A stretch of DNA of 63,950 bases, the filler included, from Candidatus Rokuibacteriota bacterium (lineage in GTDB: Bacteria; JAUVQV01; DATDCY01): NCBI GenBank assembly GCA_031406795.1. It is 9 parts of 9 records of this genome, joined end to end, with 100 filler letters (N's around TTAATTAATTAA, not from the genome) between each part and the next. Parts side by side here need not be neighbours in the genome. Positions count along the whole stretch, not along the records: positions 1 to 17,482 come from JANOHV010000203.1; 8 more parts are not named here. The stretch is one strand, 5' to 3'. Positions 10,376 through 17,582 of this stretch are shown here, in pieces (within the stretch, counting starts at the first letter, position 1; each line of letters opens with the position of its first letter). Under the pieces are notes generated by a model. The model had not been told where the DNA came from, searched no databases, and worked only from the letters and a program-made list of their open reading frames with translations. The position numbers and the translations under genes were made by a program.

Positions 10376-10514
10376 GCTCACTGCGACATCGTGAGCCGAA
10401 ATCAAGCCGCATGGGAACTCGCAACGAGGAGTGAAGCACCGAAAAGGCGAAATTTGAAGAGTTCGTCAGCGGCTATTTCTGGCCTTGACGTGGGGAGACC
10501 ATATAAGGGTTAGG
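10362..10514. repeat. 140-bp hairpin element between direct repeats, copy 1
   Basis: TATAAGGGTTAGG at 10362 and 10502; interior differs from copy 2 at only 3 positions; imperfect inverted repeat. Confidence 0.85.
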
Positions 10515-10519
10515 CAAGT

Positions 10520-10894
10520 TCACTTTTTTACGCACAACCGCTTCACCATCTGAGCGAGCCCGAGAAAGATTAGCACCCACACAGTATATGCGAGCGCAAT
10601 GCCCAACGGCTTCGGCCATGCGAACCATCCAGGCGCATTCATCAACCCATACTTCCACAGAATTGAGGTAAATGGGAATGTGAGGAGAAGGGCAGGAACC
10701 GCCAGAATCCAGAAATTGATTACTCCAATTAGTTCGGAGCCCTTGCCAGGAAATCCACCAGGATGAAGTGCCTGAACTGCAGAAGAGAGACAGAGAAGTA
10801 ATCCATGAAGAGCAACCGCTGCCGCGCAGAATCTGAGGACATGCACCAATCCCAGGAATGAGGGACTTGTTACTGACACAAGAACTTTCTTCAT
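10520..10894 (-). CDS. hypothetical membrane protein (cassette)
   Basis: 124-aa ORF with about 3 hydrophobic segments, bounded by attC ends. Confidence 0.7.
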   Translation of the reverse strand: MKKVLVSVTSPSFLGLVHVLRFCAAAVALHGLLLCLSSAVQALHPGGFPGKGSELIGVINFWILAVPALLLTFPFTSILWKYGLMNAPGWFAWPKPLGIALAYTVWVLIFLGLAQMVKRLCVKK

Positions 10895-10909
10895 TGTGGT
10901 TTTCTCTGC

Positions 10910-13121
10910 ACCGAGTAGGCCGAGGGCCGTTAACCGGCCCCGGCCCCTCTCAGAACCGTACGTGACAGTTTCCCGTCATACGGCTCAAGCACTTCGTAAG
11001 GGCTCTGTCGATGAAGAGAGACCCGGCAATTCCGTGAGTCCCGCATTTTCAGATCGTACAGCCGGCCTGGAGCGGATGCAACCGCGCCCAGCCGCGAGCG
11101 GCCCGAGTGCGGAAGTATTCGTCCTGGCCGTGATCGTAGGGATTTGTTTCTCCCCGGATCTTCACGTGCCGGATGATGCGTACGCTTCCGGCGCGCAGCA
11201 GATCCACGATCTTTCTTTGCCCCAAGTTTCCTTTGACGGTCGCGAAGAATTGCCATAGGGTGGTGGTCGTTGATCGGAAGTAGTGCTTCCGGGTCCACCG
11301 CTTGCCTTTGGCCGTGTGCCTTCTTCGCGCCCATCGCCAGAGTTGCCAGAAGATGCAGGAATCGACTTTGGTAAAGGCGGCCGAGGAACAGACGTGCCGG
11401 TGATAGTTCGCCCAGCCCTGGACCACGGGATTGAGCTTGCCGATCATGACTGCAGTCTGCGCTCCTCGGTGGGCTCGAATGATTTCCTTGGTCTTGGCGA
11501 CGATCGCCAGCACTGCGGTCTTGGCGGGCTGGATCAGCAGCTTGCCGCCGTACTTTCGCAGGTTCTGGCCGAGAAAATCGAACCCCTGCTCGATCGGCGT
11601 GATGCGTGTCTTCTCCTCGGAGAGGGTCAGCCCTCGTTCTCGGAGAAACGCCGCGACTGCGGGGAGAACCCTGTCCCGGAGCAGTTCTTGCGAGCCGCCC
11701 GTGATGACAAAGTCGTCCGCATAGCGGATCACGTTGACCTTGGTACGCCTCGGGACGGCCTTTCTCACTGCCGTCTCCAGGCCATCCAGAGTCATGTTCG
11801 CCAGCACGGGGGAAATGATGCCCCCTTGCGGGGTCCCGGCCAGCGTCGAGTAGAGCATGCCTTTGTCCAGGTACCCGGCCCGCAACCATTGTCCGAGAAC
11901 CTTCGCGTCCATCGGGATATGGCGCAGCAGCCAGGCGTGATTGATCTCATCGAAGCAGGAACGGATGTCCCCCTCCAGTACCCAACGCGGCGAGCACTTC
12001 TTGGCCAGACAAATGAAGCACTGTGCGATTGCGTCGGCGCAGCCGCGGTACTCCCGAAATCCGTAGGAGTTCGGGTCCCCCATCGTCTCGGCCACCGGAG
12101 TCAGCGCCAGCGCGTAGAGCGCCTGCATTGCCCGGTCTCGCATCGTTGGAATTCCCAGAGGTCGGAGTTTACCGTTCTTCTTCTCGATGTAGACCCGTCT
12201 CAGCGGCAGGGAACGATACCCGTGCCGTCTGAGCGTGTTGATCGCCTGCATCTTTTTGCGCGACGTGTTCCAAACTTTCCGGTCCACGCCCGGGGTCCTG
12301 CGGCCTTTGTTGCTCACGACTCGTTTCACCGCCAACAACTTTGCGTGATACGAGTGGGTCAGAAGCCACATCAGGGCTTTCACCTTGGCGTGTCTTCGTT
12401 CCCGAACTGCCTTTGCGATACGCACCTGCAGTCTTCTGACAGCGTGACGTACCGGACCCCAGGAAATGGCGTCCCAGTCCGTGCGGCTGTCGGAGAGCGC
12501 ACCAGTCGACCGTCTCGCGGCCACCGTCATTTGCATTCTCTCCCCCGAAGATTCCCCAGATTCTCCCGCAAAGAAGCACCAGATGGACGTCAGCGTATCC
12601 CGACGATTACCGCCGGGCCTTGGCTTCTTCCATCCTCTCTCTCCCGACCTTCGTCAGCCTGCCTTACGGTTGGCCTGCCCAATGTTGCCGGGCGAAGGAC
12701 CGGGAGTTACCACGTTCCGCTTACCTGACAACAGATCACGTAGGCCCACTCTGTCCACCGGCGGGAATGTCGTCCGCGTCGGACCACGTTAGAGAGGTCC
12801 GATCCACCTGCGCACCTTTTGGTCCAAGCCGGTCAGCCCTTCGGCTTGTTCGCTATAACAGCGGTTACGAGTGTTCACCTGGGTTGGCCCTATGACCTTA
12901 TCCTAACCCCTCACCCGGATCGGGCTTCCAGGAGGGCGTCGGCCTCGCGGCTCTTGCCCCGCATCTCGCAGGATGCTTCGGCGCATTGCGGAGAGGCTCC
13001 ATACCCGCTCGGGATGCACCCGAGCACGCATGCTCCCCTTGGATCGCGGCAACGGAATGCCGGGTTCAAGCGGCCCTCCTGCACCGTTGAACAGTCTTGT
13101 GTAAGCGACCTCGTGTCGCAA
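10910..13121 (-). mobile_element. group II intron (IIB, chloroplast-like CL1 type) inserted in attC R' box
   Basis: 5' TTGCGACACGAGGTCG; 34-nt domain V GAGCCGTATGACGGGAAACTGTCACGTACGGTTC (10953-10986); domain VI; removing it restores GTTCG|GCAG. Confidence 0.92.
11049..12536 (-). CDS. ltrA: group II intron reverse transcriptase/maturase, no HNH endonuclease domain
   Basis: RVT_N (V.RLQ.RIAKA), TPGVD, RPLGIPT..DRA.Q, GTPQGG.ISP.LAN, RYADD, domain X GWANY; ends after the R...I.G..NPYD motif. Confidence 0.95.
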   Translation of the reverse strand: MQMTVAARRSTGALSDSRTDWDAISWGPVRHAVRRLQVRIAKAVRERRHAKVKALMWLLTHSYHAKLLAVKRVVSNKGRRTPGVDRKVWNTSRKKMQAINTLRRHGYRSLPLRRVYIEKKNGKLRPLGIPTMRDRAMQALYALALTPVAETMGDPNSYGFREYRGCADAIAQCFICLAKKCSPRWVLEGDIRSCFDEINHAWLLRHIPMDAKVLGQWLRAGYLDKGMLYSTLAGTPQGGIISPVLANMTLDGLETAVRKAVPRRTKVNVIRYADDFVITGGSQELLRDRVLPAVAAFLRERGLTLSEEKTRITPIEQGFDFLGQNLRKYGGKLLIQPAKTAVLAIVAKTKEIIRAHRGAQTAVMIGKLNPVVQGWANYHRHVCSSAAFTKVDSCIFWQLWRWARRRHTAKGKRWTRKHYFRSTTTTLWQFFATVKGNLGQRKIVDLLRAGSVRIIRHVKIRGETNPYDHGQDEYFRTRAARGWARLHPLQAGCTI

Positions 13122-13253
13122 CGAACGTAGCGTTTAGCCGCGGGCGCGCTTGCCGGCCCGTATCGGCACGTTACAATTCTCCTGAGCATCAGCCTCAAAG
13201 GGCCGAAATGCAAGCGTGATCCGTCGGCTACAACGCCTCTATAAGGGTTAGGC
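13122..13253 (-). repeat. attC site with expanded spacer
   Basis: GCCTAAC-CCTTATAGAGGC-GTTGTAGCCGAC...GCGGCTAAACGCTAC-GTTCG. Confidence 0.88.
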
Positions 13254-13265
13254 AGTCATCGCTTT

Positions 13266-13628
13266 TCACTGTTCAATTCCCTTCGTATTGGATTCCTGCC
13301 ATGGCCAGCTGCCCTCAATTTCAAGATGCAGTGTGAATGCCAAGAATGTACGCATCACAATGATTAGCGCGAGAACCGCAACGTTTGTTAACGTGTCAGA
13401 CACAATAACGGTTCGGATAATATCTCCGGCGATCAGAAACTCTAAACCAAGGATGATTGATCGTGCTATGTCCCGGCGATAACTCCGATATGCACTCCCG
13501 CTGTATGTAACCTTCATCCGCTTGATGGCACGTATTGTTGCTAGCACGAAACCAGCAACAATCACTAAGACTCCCGCTGCTTCAATTGCATAGCTGACGG
13601 TCCCAATGAAGTCTTTGAATTGGCTCAT
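13266..13628 (-). CDS. DUF1622 membrane protein (cassette)
   Basis: R.I.LGLEFL.AGDII.TV, IIV.RTFL...L..E. Confidence 0.88.
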   Translation of the reverse strand: MSQFKDFIGTVSYAIEAAGVLVIVAGFVLATIRAIKRMKVTYSGSAYRSYRRDIARSIILGLEFLIAGDIIRTVIVSDTLTNVAVLALIIVMRTFLAFTLHLEIEGSWPWQESNTKGIEQ

Positions 13629-13681
13629 GCTTAATGTCCTCAGAATTACATTTGACTTAGTTCACAGTTCCTTTTGTCTTG

Positions 13682-13800
13682 GCCTAACGTAACGTTTAGC
13701 CGCAGGCGCGCTTGCCTGCCCGTATTTGCACATTACACTGTTCACTACACTCACACTCAAAGGGCAGAAATGCAAGCGTGACTGTCGGCTAGAACGTCTT
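13682..13800 (-). repeat. attC site interrupted by IS110-family element
   Basis: Same attC family with R' GTTAGGC intact; the R'' end is replaced by the IS. Confidence 0.85.
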
Positions 13801-13872
13801 GATACTCATTAAGGCCTCCGGGGAAGCGCCACGTCGGTACCATTGGTGAAACCACCGGAGAGGAGGCCTTGA

Positions 13873-15280
13873 ATGAAGTTCTACACGGGACAGCACAAGT
13901 TCTACTGCGGTGTCGATCTGCACGCCCGCACCATGTTTTTCTGTGTCCTTGACGAGCGAGGATACCCGCTTCTGGAGAGGAACATCAAGACCGAACCGGA
14001 ACTCCTTCTCAAGACTATCGCGCCGTATCGAGAAAGCCTGGTCGTCGGCGTCGAGTGCATGTTCACCTGGTACTGGCTCGCCGACCTGTGCTCCCGGGAG
14101 AAAATCCCTTTCATCCTCGGGCACGTGCCACTGCCGGTTATCAGCGGACCCACTTTGTCGGTTTCGGTGGACCCACCCTGAAATTGCGGAATTCCGCATC
14201 AGCGGCAGTAAAATTCCGGTGAGTGGGTCCGTCGGGCGGGCATACGATTAATGGGTATCGACAACCCCGGGACCTATAAAGACAGCCAGCCCCGACTTCT
14301 ACCTCAGTTTGTTGCCACGTGGCAACAAATCCATACTCCATCTCGTGGAGGTGATACCCGTCGAACCCTTTTAGCAGTTCGGTGATGGATGTCAAGCCAC
14401 TTCCTCCTCGCACCTTGCGGGCAGCCACAAAGTCATTCGCAGGGTTGACACGCCAGATACCCGCGTCATATATGGACCGGAAGACGGACGTCCCCTTTGC
14501 CCTTCCTGAGGACGTTCAATCAGTCGAATTGTCCATCTGGGTCCACACGTCGAAATCCATAGCAGCTCAGTTGACAGGTCATCAGGAGCAGCTTTCGAGC
14601 AGTGGCAGGTTCACTCTTGACCACCAGTATCAGCACGGCGTGGTATTTTCCGCTTACCCCATTTCCGGCCAGGTGGGTCCGACTACCGGCAGGGGGTGGG
14701 TCCACCTTTCACCGGCAGTAGCACGGGCACGCGCTTTACATGAAGGCGATCCACGGCGGCAAGGCCAAGAACGACCGGATCGACGCCAACAAGATCGCCG
14801 TGCTGCTGCGCGGCGGTATGTTCCCCGTGGCTTACGTCTATCCACCAAAAATGCGCTCGACCCGCGACCTGCTGCGAAGACGCATGTTCCTCAACCGAAA
14901 ACGATCCGCGCTGATCACGCACATCAAATGTACGTTCGCTCAGTACAACCTGCCGGAACCCAAGCAAAACGTATTCCGCGTTTCTCAACGCGAAGGGGTC
15001 GCCGAGCAGTTTGCGGACCCTGGCGCCAGCCGCAACGTCCAACTCGACCTGGATCTGCTCAACTTCTACGATCAGACGCTCACCAAGCTCGAACAGGAAC
15101 TGACCGTCATCGCTAAGGACCACGACCCCGACTCCTATTTCCGCCTGCGCACGGTACCGGGCATCGGAAAGATTCTCAGTCTGGTCATTCTCTATGAGAT
15201 CCACGACATCAACCGCTTCCCCTCGGTGCAGGATTTCGCGTCGTATTGCCGGCTGGTCAAGCCGGCCAAGGAGTCCGGCG
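13873..15280 (+). pseudogene. IS110 family transposase, split by an insertion and C-terminally truncated
   Basis: YCGVDLH, VGVEC, FILGH|ALYMKAIHGGKAKNDRIDA, TVPGIG, FASYCRLV...ES; homology is lost after that. Confidence 0.88.
14126..14723. mobile_element. 598-bp IS21-like non-autonomous element
   Basis: TG..CA ends; ~28-bp imperfect TIRs (TGCCACTGCCGGT / ACCGGCAGTAGCA); internal GGACCCAC repeats; 8-bp TSD CGGGCACG at 14118 and 14724. Confidence 0.85.
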
Positions 15281-15521
15281 GCTGGCTTGCTCCGGCACCA
15301 CCTGCCTTGATTGGAAGCCCGGGCACGCGCTGCAATTATCCTCCCTCGCTTCGGATTGCGACTATTCCCGTGGCGCCCCTCACCCGAACCTGGCTCTAAC
15401 TGGAAGGCTCCGTAAGGAGTTCATCCATTACCTTGAATAGGACGGTACGAGGGCCCCGATGAGTTTCTAGGCCGCGGTGGCGCCGACCGCCGCCGCAGTT
15501 GCCGCCGGGCAACCGAGCCTC

Positions 15522-15675
15522 GATAAGTGTTTGGTGCTCACTGCGACATCGTTAGCCGAAATCAAGCCGCATGGGAACTCGCAACGAGGAGTGAAGCACC
15601 GAAAAGGCGAAATTTAAAGATTTCGTCAGCGGCTATTTCTGGCCTTGACGTGGGGAGACCTTATAAGGGTTCGAT
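15522..15675. repeat. 140-bp hairpin element, copy 2, within a composite attC
   Basis: ATAAGTGTTTGG (15523) and ATAAGGGTTCGA (15663) flanks, 140 bp apart. Confidence 0.85.
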
Positions 15676-15974
15676 GGCTTTGTTCGGCTCTTCCATGCCT
15701 TCGGATTGCGTTTGGCATGAAAGACTGCGAGTACCGTGATTCGCGACTCGCTTTCTACGAAGAAGACCGCATACGGGAAGCGGTGAAGGAGGGCACGTCG
15801 GACCGTCTAGAATACCTGCGGGTATTGTTGAGGACCTCGGATGATAGCCTGGAAGACGGCGTCAACCGAAAGAATGAATTGTTCCCCGAGACCATGAACC
15901 CGCTGCTCGTACCACGCATAGGCGTCCGCGAGTTCGACCTCCGCCTCTGGCCGAACAACCAGTTCATGAGGCAC
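15633..15974 (-). pseudogene. ParE/RelE family toxin with in-frame TAG (cassette)
   Basis: MPHELVVRPEAE.EL..AY.WYE....GLG..F ... YPQVF*TVRRALL.RFPY.VFF....I.VLAVFH.KRNP..W. Confidence 0.85.
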
Positions 15975-16191
15975 GGCCAGTCCGAACGCGATCCCGAACC
16001 TGTGCCCAGGGGGAACCTTCGGTTGGATTCCTGTGATATGCATCGAGACGGGCATCTAGCTCCTGCTCCTGGGCTTTGGAAAGCGCGATTGCCTCTGGCG
16101 CTTCCGCGATGCTATCCCAGATGTCCTCGACGAGCAGAATGCGTTCGGAGATGCTGAGCTTGAGAATGTCAGCCCTGCTAACAGTGCTCAT
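15964..16191 (-). CDS. putative addiction module component (antitoxin)
   Basis: LS.SERI.LVEDIWDSI, Q..ELD.RL..Y..NP..G.PW. Confidence 0.88.
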   Translation of the reverse strand: MSTVSRADILKLSISERILLVEDIWDSIAEAPEAIALSKAQEQELDARLDAYHRNPTEGSPWAQVRDRVRTGRAS

Positions 16192-16247
16192 GGCATGTCC
16201 CTCCTCACAATGGCATTCTAACGATGCCATCGGAATCTTTCAATTCC

Positions 16248-16380
16248 ATCGAACGTAGCGTTTAGCCGCGGGCGCGCTTGCCTGCCCGTATTTGCATAGT
16301 TGCCCTCGAACTCGACTCTAAACGCAAAGGGAAGAAATGCAAGCGTGACTGTCGGCTACAACGCCTTATAAGTGTTTCGT
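16248..16380 (-). repeat. attC site with expanded spacer
   Basis: ACGAAAC-ACTTATAAGGC-GTTGTAGCCGAC...GCGGCTAAACGCTAC-GTTCGAT. Confidence 0.88.
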
Positions 16381-16397
16381 TTGTCTGGTTTAGGTCT

Positions 16398-16709
16398 TCA
16401 GTCCTGTGATTCGACTTCATCTTGCGGTGTGATTTCATTGGCGTCAAAAACCTGAGACTGGAGAATCTGCCTCTTTGGGTCTTTGATGAAGAGCATCATT
16501 CCGCCGGCAGCGGTGAGCTTCTTGTATTGCCGCAATGTCTTGGCACGAGTCTTTTCCGAAAGTGAATTGATGTAATCCATTGCGGGATACGCGTATACCC
16601 TTCGTTCCTCCACATCGCATTCGATAATTGGATGGCGATCTCCGAATTCTTGCCAGGCTTGAATTGTTGTGGACCAGTACTCCGCAATGTCGTTTGAGTA
16701 GTCCTTCAT
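16398..16709 (-). CDS. hypothetical protein (cassette)
   Basis: 103-aa ORF with RBS directly after R' GTTCGGC. Confidence 0.7.
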   Translation of the reverse strand: MKDYSNDIAEYWSTTIQAWQEFGDRHPIIECDVEERRVYAYPAMDYINSLSEKTRAKTLRQYKKLTAAGGMMLFIKDPKRQILQSQVFDANEITPQDEVESQD

Positions 16710-16720
16710 CTTCTCTTTCT

Positions 16721-16847
16721 GCCGAACGTTGCGTTTAGCTGCCGGCGCGCTTGCGGGCGCCTTGGAACGTGCCTTCGCCTCTGCTCATTGAACGGTAGCC
16801 CTCTTGCAAGCGTGACGGTCGGCTACAACGCCTTATAAGGGTTGGGA
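16721..16847 (-). repeat. attC site with expanded spacer
   Basis: TCCCAAC-CCTTATAAGGC-GTTGTAGCCGAC...GCAGCTAAACGCAAC-GTTCGGC. Confidence 0.88.
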
Positions 16848-17230
16848 GCTTTCTCTGTCATTAGTGATTTGAATTGTCTCTTCATCGTGTAGGTGTTGAC
16901 TAGAACCGCACCAAGAAGCACAAAGGAAAGCGCTACTTCACCTGATAAAGACGACATGGCTTTAGACCATCCCTCTTGTGCTTGCTTAGCCATTTCGATA
17001 CTAATTGACCGGTACAATCGTTCATTGTCAGTGTTCGGAGTGAAGGCCTCCGCCCGAGTACGGATGCCTGCGTAGGAAGTCTTGACCTTAGGAAGGACGA
17101 CGATCGTGCTGTATGCCTCGAATGCCACGCCACAGACAATGAAGGCAATTCCAAGGAAGAGCAATCGCGCGTTCTTTCTGTGAAATGCCGGATCATGGAG
17201 TTGCTTGCTCAATCTCAATGCGCCATTCAT
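16823..17230 (-). CDS. hypothetical two-TM membrane protein (cassette)
   Basis: 135 aa with two hydrophobic helices; stop codon lies inside attC L''. Confidence 0.68.
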   Translation of the reverse strand: MNGALRLSKQLHDPAFHRKNARLLFLGIAFIVCGVAFEAYSTIVVLPKVKTSYAGIRTRAEAFTPNTDNERLYRSISIEMAKQAQEGWSKAMSSLSGEVALSFVLLGAVLVNTYTMKRQFKSLMTEKAPNPYKAL

Positions 17231-17238
17231 CTTTGCTC

Positions 17239-17482
17239 ACCGGGTAGCCGGGGGGCGTTGCCGCCCCCAAGCCCCCTCAGAACCGTACTTGAGAGTTTCC
17301 CCTCATACGGCACAAGCACTTCATAAGCCTCCTTCGTAGGAAGTAGTATCCGTGTCGGGCCATGTTGGAGAGGCCCGAACCACCCGCTTACCTTTTGGTC
17401 GACGCCTGTCAGCCCTATTTGGCGGAGTCGCTTTAACGGCGGTTGCAAGTGTTTACCTTAAGTTGGCCATATGATCTTATCC
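17239..17482 (-). mobile_element. ORF-less, internally deleted group II intron derivative (5' part cut by contig end)
   Basis: 17350-17482 is homologous to 12775-12903 (domain I) and is fused almost directly to domains V-VI. Confidence 0.85.
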
Positions 17483-17582
17483 NNNNNNNNNNNNNNNNNN
17501 NNNNNNNNNNNNNNNNNNNNNNNNNNTTAATTAATTAANNNNNNNNNNNNNNNNNNNNNNNNNNNNNNNNNNNNNNNNNNNN
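17483..17582. other. artificial contig linker (also 19855-19954, 25859-25958, 37956-38055, 46915-47014, 50459-50558, 54898-54997, 61535-61634)
   Basis: N44-TTAATTAATTAA-N44, with stops in all frames. Confidence 0.99.

Larger units (their letters stand above)
13795..15472 (+). mobile_element. IS110/IS1111-type insertion sequence, defective; boundaries approximate
   Basis: Subterminal imperfect IRs GATACTCATTAAGGCCTC (13801) and GAGGGCCCCGATGAGTTTC (15449); transposase fragments; 3' non-coding region. Confidence 0.8.
7635..17482 (-). mobile_element. integron gene-cassette array (distal part; intI/attI not in window)
   Basis: Short same-strand ORFs of lower GC, separated by one family of ~125-bp imperfect palindromes (AAC..GGCGTTGTAGCCGAC...GCGGCTAAACGC..GTT); cassette R'/R'' ends are complementary (GTTAGGC/GCCTAAC, GTTCGAT/ATCGAAC). 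Confidence 0.9.

Noticed and set aside
11049-12536. RT as a retron, DGR or defence RT
   Set aside because: It has a maturase domain X and flanking intron domains I, V and VI. No template/variable repeat pair or msr-msd was seen.
15807-15809. TAG recoding (pyrrolysine) in parE
   Set aside because: TAG is used as a normal stop in ftsZ, rpoC, rpsL and fusA, and no pyl genes are visible.
7635-17482. Calling the array a CALIN (integrase-less)
   Set aside because: intI/attI would lie upstream, beyond the contig break at 17482, so absence cannot be judged.
17483-17582. Recurrent TTAATTAATTAA palindromes within N runs
   Set aside because: Artificial contig linkers. Adjacency across them has no biological meaning, and ORFs running into them are truncated.
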